NCBI GenBank assembly: GCA_964016885.1
Contig: OZ024740.1
Coordinates: forward strand, 316,200,001 to 316,264,000
Reading direction: 5' to 3'
Source of the DNA: Eledone cirrhosa
Lineage: Eukaryota
DNA length: 64,000 nt
The translations under genes and the position numbers were made by a program. Shown here piece after piece: positions 51,895 through 64,000 of this stretch. A model generated the notes under the pieces. The model was not told the DNA's origin, did not search any database, and saw only the letters and a program-made list of their open reading frames with translations. Each line of letters opens with the position of its first letter. Position 1 is the stretch's first letter.

Positions 51895-54856
51895 TTTCTG
51901 AATTTGTCCCAAAGTATAACAATATATATATATATATATATATAGGTTCTGGGTTCAATTGGGAGTAGCACAGTAAGTAAGGTATTCAATACATCAGTAG
52001 AGTGTATACAACAAATTTAATATACAAATGGCTTCTTCAGGACTAGAACTGTTTCATTCAAAGGAAATCATCAGAAAAGCCTTTCCTGCTGATTTGAAAC
52101 AGTTCCTTTGAATGAAACAGTTCTAGTCCCGCAGAAGCCATTTATATATAAATATATATATATATTCTGACTATTGCTTAAAAATAATTTCACTTACTTT
52201 GTGAGCTACATAACAAAATTCGATAAATTATAATTTCCTCACTCAAATCCCTCTCCTTATTTCCTGCTTTGTCGAATTTTGGCTTTTTATCTATTTGATT
52301 ATCTATTTATTTTGTTGTGTGTTTTTTCTCTTTAAATTGGCTTCCTCTGTTATTGTATTCTTCTTTGTGATTGAAACTGAAAGATGAAAATTAAATTCAT
52401 TTTGCTTATGTATCTATTTCAGTCGATTTCTGTTCCATTTCTGATTTTAAGAATAATGTCGTTTCTGCTATTGTTGTTCTGTTTCATGTATATTCTTTAT
52501 TAGTTTGTTGTTTTTATTGTTGTTTTCATTTAAACTGTAGTAAATTAATCTTTTTGTATGTTGAGTCTAAAATCCTTGTTTTCATTTCTAGTCGAAGTCA
52601 CTTCAGTCATGTTACTAATATCCACCATGAAAGTGCCAGGATGACACAATATCATGCAATGATGATGCATATAGCCATGCTTTTACTGACAATGAAATGC
52701 TAACATGGATATAGATCAATATAATAGATAGAAAACATACAAATGCAATTTATATAGAAAATAAAATTATTTCTATATAAAATAAGTTGGAATAGACACA
52801 CACACTCAATCACACCACCACAAGTAGTACTGTAGTTTGCCTCTAATAATTTTATAGGAGGGCCAACAGACTCACAGCATTGCCACTGGTGATAGCATAG
52901 CTATGGTGATGCTGGAATAACCAGGCACCATTGCAGGCATCATCAGATCTTGCACATTTTATGTCTTGGAGAGCAAGATATATGTACTGTTTATATTTCA
53001 CTGTGGGGGTGTTTAGCATATAAACAGTTATGAAACAATATCTAATTCACATTAACCTTTTAGTGTTTAAACTGGCCGTATCTAGCCAGAATTCTCTCAC
53101 CTCTTTCTTTTCAAACCAGCTGTAATTGGCTACTCATACTGATGTTAAGGTATTGTTCTCAAAATAAATAATGTAAAATCTCATAGATTCGATATTATGT
53201 GAGATAATTATGTGAGGTAAAGCCTTTACTGTGAAATATAGAGTAATGTAAATGTTAAAGAGTTAATGTCTAATTTTACACAATCTTTAACCCATTAAAG
53301 CATTAAAAACAGGCATAAAATATTAGAAAAAATATATATTCATGTTTACCTTGCTTCATTTCACTCTAAAGTTCTTAGTGTACTTTGTTAAAAATAGTTA
53401 GTATGTGTTTTTCCAGAATTTGTTGAATTAGAAAGAAATATTCTTTAAAGTCCAGGACTCAAAAGAGATAATGTTTCAAGAGAGTTAAAATGGTGATAGT
53501 GAAATGAACCCTTCTAATTAACTCTTAGCATCCTGGCCTAATGGTTAGGATGCTTGACGTTGCATTGTAATGTCATCGGTTTGATTCCTGAACAGGCTGT
53601 TGTGTTGTGTTCTTGAGTAAAACACTTTATTTCATATTGCTTCAGTACACTCAGCTGAGAATGAGTACCAGGTGAGAAATTAATCCTGCGATAGAGGCGT
53701 CCTATCCAGGGAAAGTCTTGTACTCTCAGTTGCTTAACACCAATGAAACTGGGGATAAGCACCTGCCTGATGAGCCTTCGGCTTAGAACATCCTGTACCA
53801 CATGAAACCACATTAGCAAGATATTCTTTAAAAATACAAAACAACACAATGATTACATCACATTAAAAGTTGATGACTCTACAGTCTCCTACAAATTTTC
53901 TCAACAATCTGTTCACTAATAAAGATACTATAATCATTTGAATTAATAAATCTCTTTTTAGTTATTAGGTGCATAGCCTAGTGGTTTGAGTGTTCTAAAA
54001 AATATAAAGTCTGTCTCGAACTTATCTTTGTTTTCATGGCATGAAGCGTCTGAGAGTACAAGACTTCCTCCTGGATGCCAGTACATCACAGGGTTAAACC
54101 CCCAGCTATTGCTGGTACTCATTTTCAACTGCATATACTGAAGCAACATGAAATGAAGTGTTTTGCTCAAGAACACGACACACAACCCAGTCCAGGAATC
54201 AAACCTACAACATTGTGATCATAGTCCCAACACCATTACCACTAGACCACATCCCTTCACATTTGAGTATTGGACCTACAATAATATTGATGTGGGATCA
54301 ATTCTTGGACCAAGCAGCCAATTGTGTTTTTGAGCAAAATACTTCATTTCACATTGCTCAAATTCACTCAACTGAAAATGAGTACCAACATCAGATGGGG
54401 GATTAACCCTGTGATGGACTAGTGTTCTGTCCAGGGGGGAAGGTCTTGTATTCTCAGTTGCTTAATGGCAATGAAACTGGGATAAGAACTGACCTGATGA
54501 GTCTTTAGGCTTACAACAGACTTTAATGTTAACCACCTTTTTAACTTCTGCCAGACTGACTAATCTAGATTTACTAAATGAAGACTAAGTCTTTAGATTT
54601 GTTTCAATAAACTAATTAGTTATAGAATTCAGAAATACAAAAGTAGTTAAAACTTCTTCATAGCTTTATTAATGACTGTGATGATTGTGACTATAAAAAT
54701 AAATGAATACAATGAAAATTAAAGAAAACTAAATTATATCACTCAATGGAATATATATTTAATATGTCATTATTTGTTGAAATTTTACAAAAGACTATAA
54801 ATGTATTTTTTTTATTGAGAGTCTCGATAGCTCTTCTGAGTTTTTTCTAATTCTAG

Positions 54857-54982
54857 GCTGTTATCGGAAAGGATCCCAGTTTAGTGAAGACAGGAAAGGC
54901 AGTACTCCTGAGGGAGATATTGATGTAGCATTTAACTGTTATTCACAATTTACCAATTCAGAAAATGATAACAATTCCTCTG
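54857..54982 (+). CDS. RPH3A: Rabphilin linker exon (CYRKGSQFSEDRKGSTPEGDIDVAFNCYSQFTNSENDNNSS)
   Basis: ttctAG acceptor, consensus GTAAGT donor at 54983, 126 nt, phase 1-1, stop-free in the required frame. Confidence 0.8.
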
Positions 54983-55711
54983 GTAAGTCAATACAGAAGT
55001 GTACTTACAATGTTAATGCAACCACAACAACAATAACAGCAAGAACAATTCTCACCACCATGCACATAATAATAATAATCGTTTCTACTTTAGACACAAG
55101 GCCAGCAATTTTGGGGGAGGGGGAAGTTGATTAAATCGAAACCAGTGCATTACTGGTACTTTATTTTATCGACCTCCGTAAGGATGAAAAACGAAGTTAA
55201 CCTCGGTGAGATTTGAACTCAGACCATATATGGACGTAACTCTATGCTGCAAAGCATGTTGTCCGATGCTCTACTGATATTGCCAATCCTCCATAATAAT
55301 AATAATAATAATAATTGTTTCTACTTTTGGCACAAGGCCAGCAATTACCCAGTGCATTACTGGTACTTTATTTTATCAACCCCGTTAGGATGAAAGGCAA
55401 AGTTAACCTCGGCGGGATTTGAACACAGAATGGCAAGGGCCGTAACTCTATGCGTCAAAGCATGGCGTCCAACCCTCTACCGATACTGCCATTCCACCGC
55501 CATAACAATAATAATAATAATAATGGTTTCTGATTTAGGCACAAGGCCAGCAATTTGAAGGAGAGTGGGAAAGTCTATTAAATCAACCCCAATGTAGTAT
55601 TTTATCGACCCCATATGGGGGAAAGGCAAAGTTAACTTCAGCAGGATTTTAATTCAGAATGTAAAGGGCTATAACTCTATGCTTTAAAGCATGTTGTGGT
55701 ATCAACTTAAA

Positions 55712-56648
55712 GAATGCAGATGACATCAAGCTGTACCTTGAGATAAAAAGGACAGATCCTGAACACTATAGATCTTTCCTGCTATCAGACCTGGACACAA
55801 TGGATCATGGACTGGCAACTCAAGCTGGCTGTGGACAAGTGTACCACCATGCATTTTGGGAGTCAAAACCCAGCATCCACATACTCCCTCCACAACACTA
55901 ATCTCAAGGAGTCTTCTTGTGAACATGACCTGGGCATTACTGTCAGCAGCGATTTGCATTGGACGAAGCACGTCTCTAAAATTGTCAAGAAGACCGAGGG
56001 TGTCTTAGCATCACTCAGCAAGACCTTTGTCAGCCGTTCTCTAGCTATCTATTTAAAGCTGTATATAGCTATTTGCATCACCAGTCTGGAACCCCTATAT
56101 TGCTCAGAATATCAACCTCCTGGAAACTGTTCAGGGACATGCAACCAAGCAAATACCCTCCATCAGGCATCTACCATACTCTGAATGCCTTGCTTCCCTG
56201 GGCATGGATACATTGAAGCTCTGACATATGGCAACTGACTTGGTAACCACACACAAAATTATTAACCATCTTGCCAACAACAACCCTGAGCACCTTTTTG
56301 AATTCCATGTGTCTAACACACATAGGCATGCCTACAAAGTCAGAAAATAGCACAGCTCCCTTAACTTTCGGAAACAATTTTTCATGCTCAGAGTTGCTGA
56401 AGCATGGAACAAACTCCCTGCATCAGTTGTTAGCTGTCGAGACACTGCATCCTTTAAAACCTCCATGCTTCCTGAAATTCGCCAACACTACACCTGATAT
56501 TCCCCCACCATACATATGCACATCATGTCTCATACACTGCTCACTTTCCTGACATTTGTACATTATTCTATGTACTATGCATACACCTTTGATGAGTTGT
56601 AATGCACCTGAGCACTGTACACAATAATTTCATTATTATTATTATCAT
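55712..56648 (+). mobile_element. 5'-truncated, frameshifted CR1-type LINE, same family as 47604-48522
   Basis: ADDIKLY at the start; WQLKLAVDKCTTMHFG; (ATT)n tail. Confidence 0.92.
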
Positions 56649-56909
56649 TAGGGTGGTGGATTGGCAGTATCGGTAGAAGGTCTGACGCCATGCTTTGCAA
56701 CAAAGAGTTACGGCTCTTTATGATCTGAGTTCAAACCACGTTGAGTATAACTTTGCCTTTCATCCTTACAGGGTCGATAAAATAAAGTACCAGTAATACA
56801 CTGGGATAATTGCTGGCCTTGTGCCAAAAATAGAAACAATTATTATCATTTGTAGGACAATTGATTGTAAAATGTATGTATTGTCAAATTTTGCCTTGGG
56901 TGTCTGACA

Positions 56910-57125
56910 CCAGAAATGCCAGGAAATCCCAGTGGAGGGAAGCTGGAATAGAGGAAAACCAAGAAATACTTGGGCAGAGGTTGTGATAGCTGACATCAAG
57001 TCACTGAGACTCACAGAGGAGATGATGAAGGAACGCAACGAGTGGAGAGATGTCGTGCTGAGAAGGACCCATCCAATCTATGCAAGCATAGAAAATGGAC
57101 ATAAAAACGTTGATGATTATGATAG
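56910..57125 (+). mobile_element. RTE LINE 3' fragment
   Basis: KCQEIPVEGSWNRGKPRNTWAEVV; RTE tail. Confidence 0.8.
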
Positions 57126-57504
57126 TATTTAGTATCCTTTATAGAAAGTAGAAATATGTCTTTCATCCATTAAATAACTCTTTGAGCCCTCTTTCATTCA
57201 TTAAATAACTGTTTGAGCTGCCTTTCATTCATTAAATAACTGCTTGAGCAATTTTTCATTCATCCAATGCTAGGATGCTCTGCAACTATGAAATGGTTTA
57301 GCTTTGAAAATAAAATCAATTAACTACAATTGATTGTCATTGTATATAAATAATGAAAAATAAATTAGTGACCAGCCTGCAATAACAAGAATCCATTATA
57401 AGCCAGGCAATATAACAGAGAACAGCAAACATACAATACTATAGTAATTACTGTATCAATTCAATAACAACATAATTATATTGGCAAATATAAGCGGAAA
57501 CACA

Positions 57505-57897
57505 CATATACATCATCATCATCATCATTGTCACTACCACCATCAACATCATCATCTCCACTGTCATTATCATCATCATCACCACCACCTCCACCATCAC
57601 CATCATTATCATCAGCCCCCTCACCACTACCATCATCATCACTACCACCACCACCATCATCATCACTACCACCACCACCATCATCACCACCCCCACCACC
57701 ACCATACACGCCTCCACCACAACCATCATCATCACCACCACCATCATCATGAACCACCACCACCAACACCACCATCACCAACCACCACCACCACTACCAC
57801 CATCATCACCCCCACCACCATCATCACAAACCACTACCACCACCATCACCACCAACCACCAACACCGTCACCACCACCAACCACCATCATCATCCAT
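57505..57897. repeat. (CAT)n/(CAC)n microsatellite
   Basis: Direct reading; source of the poly-His/Pro/Met pseudo-ORFs. Confidence 0.92.
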
Positions 57898-58994
57898 ATA
57901 ACATATTAATCTCATTTATCATCAATGGTAGAAAGCTTCAAGGCAGGTTATGTCTGCAACATCTATTATACTATTATATAGCATGAAAATGAACATGTGG
58001 CTAGTCAGTGTCTAATGTCTTAGATCATGTTGAATGCTCTCTCCAGAAGCAGCTACCTATGTATTATTTATATATATATATATATATATATACAGGTGTG
58101 TATATATATATACAGGTGTATTATATATGTATCATCATCATCATCATTTTATGTCCGCTTTTCCCTGCTTGCAAGGGTGGGACGGGAACTTATTCTGGCT
58201 TGATTTCTACAGCTGGATGCCCTTCCTAACACCAACCTCATTTACAGTGAGTGCTGGGTGCTTTTTTTCCGTGGCGCCTACATGTCCACTTTACAGTGTG
58301 GGCTGGGTGCTTTTTTTGCCGTGGCGCCTACACGTCCACTTTGCAGTGGAATGATAGGGACCCCAGTCCTATCATCTCATTTCAACAGCTGAGTAAACTG
58401 GAGCAATGTGAAACAAAGTGTCTTGCTCAAGGAAACAACACATCACCTGGCCTCCTCCTCCTCCTGCTGGAAGTGCCATAGGGGCAGAGTCCTCAAACAC
58501 TCCTTCCAGCAGCTCCTCTCAGAAGCAACTATCTCCAGTTAATCCGGCTGTATAGTCGTTTCAATTTTCAATTACAAATGTTGTGTTGGATCCAGTTATA
58601 ACTGGCACTCTGTCAGTTATGATGATGAGTGTTCCAATTAATATGATCAACAGAACAGCCTGCATCTGAAATTAATGTGTAAGTGACTGAGTTTTTCACA
58701 AACACATGTACCCTTAACGTAGTTCTCAGGGAGATTCAGCATGACTCAGAATGTGACAAGGCTGGCCCTTTGAATTCCGAGTACAACTCTGTGGACTGGA
58801 GCAATGTGAAAGAAAGTGTTTTGTTCAAGGAGACAATACATATATATATACACATAGGTAAAATAATGAATACCATTATAACAAATTTTCCAGTATAACG
58901 AAATTTTTTTCAATCCCCGAGGTAATAACAAACAAACGGTCTATTTGTTTCGGTCTATCTTATTATAAAGAATTTTTCTATGCAACAAATGTTA

Positions 58995-59202
58995 CTGACA
59001 TCCAGACTTGACATTGCACTCAGTGCTCCTGTGGAAGCCCCTACATGGACATACTGGAAGAGGAAGACCAAGGTTAACGTATGTTGATGCCCTAAGGACA
59101 GACACTGGTCTGTTGGAGACGCAGGACATGGCAGCGATAATGAGGGACAGAGACCGCTGGAGAGAACTCATCCATGGATCTCGGGAATTATACCCGCCCT
59201 GA
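58995..59202 (+). mobile_element. 3' end of a third RTE-like LINE family; related remnants at about 21360-21665(-) and 43080-43210(+)
   Basis: VLLWKPLHGHTGRGRPRLTYVDALRTDTGL...MRDRDRWRELI. Confidence 0.7.
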
Positions 59203-59387
59203 ATAGAATATATATATATATATTATAATTGTTTCTACTATTGGCACAAGGCCAGCAATCACCCAGTACATTACTGGTACTTTATTTTATCGACCCCGTA
59301 AGGATGAAAGGCAAAGTTAACCTCAGCGGGTTAAGATTTACAATGGTATATTGCCTCTCTCAATAATACATTACTTATTCATTGCAG

Positions 59388-59467
59388 ACATGCTGGGTAT
59401 TCTAGAATTTTCTCTACTCTATGATAATGATAATAATGCTTTGAACTGCACTGTAGTTAAAGGAAAG
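59388..59467 (+). CDS. RPH3A: Rabphilin exon, start of C2A domain (MLGILEFSLLYDNDNNALNCTVVKGK)
   Basis: ttgcAG acceptor, GTAAGT donor at 59468, phase 1-0; matches the rabphilin/DOC2 C2A LG.LEFSLLYD motif. Confidence 0.93.
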
Positions 59468-59758
59468 GTAAGTGTTGGACTCATCTTATTTTAAAACTCT
59501 TCATATAAGAATAGATCTTCTTCAGACTATAAAGATAGTTTTACTATAGTTGACTAGTTGTGGTGTATGTTAACATGAATTGGATTGGAAATATCAACAG
59601 AAGTGGTTTATCTTGGTATATCATGAAATGAAGGAGTGATCACTCTTTTATATATATATATATATATAGAATAAGGAAAAGCGAAGTAGTTTCAGATGTT
59701 CAAGTCCTTTAATAATAATGCTGTGATATATATTTCAATGACGACACTGGCCACACTG

Positions 59759-59802
<44 letters not shown>

Positions 59803-59805
<3 letters not shown>

Positions 59806-60585
59806 TCTTCCATTTCTCCACTCCATTTCAATTCCTTAGTCCACCCATCCGACAATTCTCTATCATTTTCTTTTCCCCGAATCCAATCTTTGCCTCTCTC
59901 TACTCGTTACTCTGTCGTATTTTCCAAAACAAATCTTGTATTTTTGTTAATGCTTACTCTGCCGTCTTTTCCAAAACAAATCTTGTATTTTTGTTAATGC
60001 TGGTTAAATTATGCCCAAAATACGAGGATCTTATTTAAACCTTACCTTCTCGCTAACAACTCAACATCCCTCCCGCCCGCCCCACGCACCACCATTATTA
60101 TTACATGGACCAATCATAAGTCAGAGGCCTATACTATCGCTTACCTGGTTGCCTTTCGATATGATGGATGGACTACGGAATTCTGGAGAGTTGAAGAGAG
60201 AGAAATCTGGACGCTCAGCGACAATGCCAAAGATAAAGACAAATTCACCTCGTGGACGAGAATGCGAGCACTCCTCTTTGTTTCGGCCGCGGATGGCTAA
60301 CATAACTCCATCTCCCCCCGCGCCCCACCGCTCCCACCCTCCAAACGCAATCCAAAACTTCAGAGTTGGTACCATGAATGTAGGCACCTTAAAGGGTCGC
60401 TCTAACGAGGTTGTAGAAATGCTTGAATGTAAGGAGGTCGATGTTTGTTGTATTCAAGAGACCAGGTGGAGGGGTGGGTCTGCTAGATTCATTGTGGGTA
60501 AAAAACGATGCTATAAGCTTTTCTGGGTGGGAAATGACAATGGGCTGGGTGGAGTAGGAATCATGGTAGCAGAAAAGTGGGCATA
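59803..60585 (+). mobile_element. 5' portion of an RTE LINE (5'UTR and N-terminus of APE endonuclease), 3'-truncated
   Basis: FRVGTMNVGTLKGRSNEVVEML...VDVCCIQETRWRG...GGVGIMV; CpG-rich leader; 47-bp tandem duplication at 59908-60001. Confidence 0.88.
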
Positions 60586-60708
60586 TTCTAGCCATTAAAA
60601 AAAAGGAAAATGAATGTTTCATCTTTGAAAGAGAGATGACTCAAGAAGAAGAACAATAATATCATCATTATCATCATCATTTAAAATTCATTTATATTTA
60701 TGTTTTAG

Positions 60709-60783
60709 AGTTTGAAGTCAATGGATTTAAATGGATTCTCTGATCCGTATGTTAAACTACATCTACTTCCTGGTGCTTCCAAG
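60709..60783 (+). CDS. RPH3A: Rabphilin C2A exon (SLKSMDLNGFSDPYVKLHLLPGASK); gene continues beyond the window
   Basis: ttttAG acceptor, GTGAGT donor at 60784, phase 0-0. MD.NG..DPYVKLHLLPGASK is typical of rabphilin/DOC2 C2A; the first two Ca-binding Asp are present. Confidence 0.95.
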
Positions 60784-61488
60784 GTGAGTCTGTGACAGTT
60801 TTTGCTTTATACGTCTCAATCCATCTTCTACAATGTTAACCCTTTCAGTACCAAACTGCACAAGACTGCCATAAGTTCTATGATATAAAACTAGTTATTT
60901 TAAAGTGTTTATATTTATCTAAATAAATAATTTTATGTAAGAAGCTTTTTTTATGTTATGTTCCAAACACCTACTTAATAATGAGAAAATTAGTTGTATT
61001 GCTAAATACTTCTAAATTCTTGATTATTTTCAAAATTATTAAACAACTCTTTATTTTTATAAACTTATTGTCTAGCTCCAAATATTATGGGTTGTAATTG
61101 AACTGTGAGTATTTTGCATTTGTGGATAGAATGTCTCAGGAAAGAATCGTTGGATAGATTTTACAGGCAAAATCAACTGGCAGGAGACCTGGAAGGTAAA
61201 CCCCAAGCAAGATGGCTGGATAACATCCATGAATTTGGTTTGTCTCACTTGGAAATCCAGCTGGAACAATTGTAGATGGTTGCTCCTGACAGGACCTGCT
61301 GGAAGGCATGTTTGAGGAGTTTGCCTCCACAACATTCCCAGGGATAAGTGGGCGGAGAAGAAGCAATACACATTAAATATATCAGCTAATTACCTCTTAA
61401 CTAGCTTTTTACCTGCTTCAGTTTAAGAAAAAAATATGCGTGTCTCTTCACTTTTAAACTTTAAGTACTGTAACCACATGCTCTAAAC

Positions 61489-63117
61489 CACAGGTTCTCA
61501 ACCCATTTTGGCCAAATGCCCCCTTTTGTCCCTCGAAATCACAAAACGCCCCCTACCCTATTTTTCCATTTTTCAATATACTACTGATTTTGATATCAGT
61601 AGATTACTCAAAAATTAACAATATTCCAAAGATACCATTGCAGGCAGCTGAGAGTATAAATACATACTGGTCCTTATTCATAAAAAAGAACATTTATGTT
61701 CCTTTTTTTTTAATTTATATAAGGACCAGTTGAATTTGTTATATTCCCATCAGGCATTACCAGCTATTTTGAACATTTATACAAGAGCAACTCTGTCTAT
61801 CCCAAGAGTGCTCTTATCTGGAAGAAAGTGGCAATTATATAATTTCAAAGCTTTCCAATTTTCCCTCTGCTTTGTGAGCTTAGAGACCATGGAAGAGGGT
61901 TTTCATGACCATGCGGGAGGGTATATTTATTAGTAAATGGTAAAATATATACAACAAATGAGAAAGTGAATTGTAGTAGATGGTTTCCAGTCTAGTCAGA
62001 CTGCAACTACAAATAAAAAAATTGTTAGTTTGCTTTGTAACAATAGCATATCTAAGTTTTCAGATAAATCAACTTACTTTAACTTTGACCTCATTTCAAT
62101 GGGACCCTTGAGCTTCATGGAGTCTAGCTAACTCTTTGACGTGAGGCTGAATTTTCCTAAGATGTAACCAGAGATCTCCACGTGTAATTACATTGTAGCG
62201 GTTGCGAGCCTTACTGTGCAGTCTGGAAACAGCATCAAACCTCCTCTCGACTAAGTATTGGAAAAGGCAGAGCAAATCCCTTAGCCTCTGCATGTAGGTG
62301 TGGAAATCGACGCTGAATTTCCTCTTGCATCCCAAAAAGAGGTTCACCTATTTTGGGAAATCTAATTTTGATCATGTCATTTGCTTGAAGTTCAATGAAT
62401 ACTTCCTGAAATTTAACATCCAAATTGTTGACGTTAGCTATGAAGTGATCTGCTATCCACATTGGAATGTCCATCGGCAAAAGGTTGACAAACCATTCTC
62501 TCATGTTGTCTTGAGCGCACAGAGGTGAGTGGAGTTGGTCATCGCTTACAATGTTTTGAACATTGGCGACACTAGAAAATTATAGAATTCCCGTCAACAA
62601 AGATTCCTTTCGATGACATTCAATTTGGCCAGGAATGTTTTCACAGCATTCCTTGCTTTAAGCAAGGTGATCTTCTTCCCCTGCAAAGCCAAAATGACGC
62701 TATTGCATTTGTCGAAGATGTCGGTGAGGTAGGACTTTTCTTGTACAGTTCTGTGTTGCGTCCTCGCAGAAACTCAATGATAGAGTCGAAGAGTTCAAAG
62801 AAGTGAGTAAAGCACTTGCCCTTTGAAAGCCACCTCACTTCAGTATGAAGGAGCAACTTGATGAATTCTTTATCATTATCTTGGCACAGTTGCTGGAAAA
62901 TTCGTTCTTTGAGGGAATGCCGTTTGATAAAATTGATGACATCAATGGCCACCTGCAAGGACTTGCTCAGCGGCTTGCTGAGTTTCTTCGCAGCGAAGTG
63001 TTGTCGATGAATGACACAATGAACAACAAATACAGATAGATTTTCTCTCTTCAGAAGAGTGACGAAACCCTTATGTTGGCCAACCATTGCTCTTGCGTCG
63101 TCCGTAGCACGATACAA
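61489..63117 (-). mobile_element. Decayed hAT (Buster/Charlie-like) DNA transposon with transposase pseudogene at 62096-63117
   Basis: TDDARAMVG, HCVIHRQHFA, LLHTEVRWLSKG and C-terminal dimerisation remnants, frameshifted. Terminus CACAGGTTCTCAACC at 61489 is preceded by CTCTAAAC (Buster-type nnnTAnnn target). Confidence 0.88.
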
Positions 63118-63323
63118 TGTGTGTTGTATGTGGTCCTAGATGTATGTATTACCTGCCTGTATGTTGTATGTAGTCCTAGATGTATGTATTACATGCTTGT
63201 GTGTTGTATGTGGTCCTAGATGTATGTATTACCTGCCTGTGTGTTGTATATGGTCCTAGATGTATGTATTACCTGATTATGTGTTGTATGTGGTCCTAGA
63301 TGTTTGTATTACCTGATTATGTG
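63118..63323. repeat. 40-bp minisatellite, 5 copies (gtgttgtatgtggtcctagatgtatgtattacctgcctgt)
   Basis: Period 40 at 63121, 63161, 63201, 63241, 63281. Confidence 0.95.
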
Positions 63324-64000
63324 GTGGAATGGCTAGTGAAGTTAATATCACTAGCTATCCTCTGTAGCAATGCTTTCACCATTTTCTCCATGAGGCATAG
63401 CTAAAATATACTTCCTCACCAGGAATGTAAAGTTTGCCTCTCACTTCCTCTTTCTTCGTTATTAATTTTTTCTCCTCGTCCCTTTTTTTTCTCTCTCCCT
63501 GCTTATTATATATAGTAGTTCTATCAACATATTCCTTAATAGAAAAACAGTCAAGCCTTTAAGAAATAAAGTATCTTGCTTAAGGACACAATGTGCCACA
63601 GGGAATGAATTCACTTCTTTATGATCATGAGCCAAACACTTTAACCACTAAGACACATGTTTCCACAAAATAAAATAAGTACTAATAATTGTTTCTACTT
63701 TAGGCACACGGCCAGCAATTACCCAGTGCATTACTGGTACTTTATTTTATCGACCCCGTAAGGATGAAAGGCAAAGTTAACCTCGGCGGGATTTGAACTC
63801 AGAATGTAAAGGGACGTAACTATGTTAGAAAGCATGGCGTCCGACCCAAGGGAGGTGGATTGACAGAATTGGTAGAGCAGCAGATAAAATGCCATTGCAG
63901 TATTTGTTCTGACACTTTACATTCTGAGTTCAAATCCCACCAAGGACAACTTTGCCTTTTGTCCTTCCAGACAAGGGTCAGCTGAAAAGTTCATAGGCTG

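Noticed and set aside
53745-53790. CTGATGA-containing motif (also near 54495) as a hammerhead
   Set aside because: No GAAA after stem II and no closable NUH junction; it is the LINE-derived 3' tail of a SINE.
57448-57909. His-rich or Gly/Asp-rich ORFs
   Set aside because: (CAT/CAC)n microsatellite.
62096-63117. Domesticated ZBED/SCAND3-like host gene
   Set aside because: Multiple frameshifts, N-terminus lost, transposon end retained.

Overview
AT-rich eukaryotic (metazoan) genomic DNA, dense in microsatellites and transposons. The repeat content (CORE-type and Nin/Deu-type tRNA-SINEs, RTE/CR1 LINEs, Penelope remnants) suggests an octopus/cephalopod, but this is inference. The window is mostly introns of one + strand gene, a rabphilin (RPH3A-like) Rab3/Rab27 effector. 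I reconstructed ten coding exons by hand between 11243 and 60783, all with GT-AG boundaries and mutually consistent phases. They encode the N-terminal DRWVCPNDRQLALRAK motif, the Rab-binding helix, a Cys8 zinc finger, SGAWFF, a Ser-rich linker and the start of C2A; the gene runs off the right edge. The introns hold a young 5'-truncated RTE LINE (7-bp TSD, uninterrupted RT frame, PHD finger inside the RT), many RTE/CR1 fragments, SINEs carrying the RTE tail, piggyBac-, hAT-, mariner- and pogo-type MITEs, decayed Tc1/mariner and hAT transposases, a Penelope GIY-YIG remnant and several minisatellites. The most notable signals are an apparently intact sense-strand type I hammerhead ribozyme (46183-46229) plus degenerate relatives, the PHD-in-RT architecture, a candidate recursive splice site or 4-nt microexon (40853-40862), and a closely matched inverted SINE pair bracketing a frame-symmetric exon. 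Nearly all other ORFs in the supplied track are spurious.
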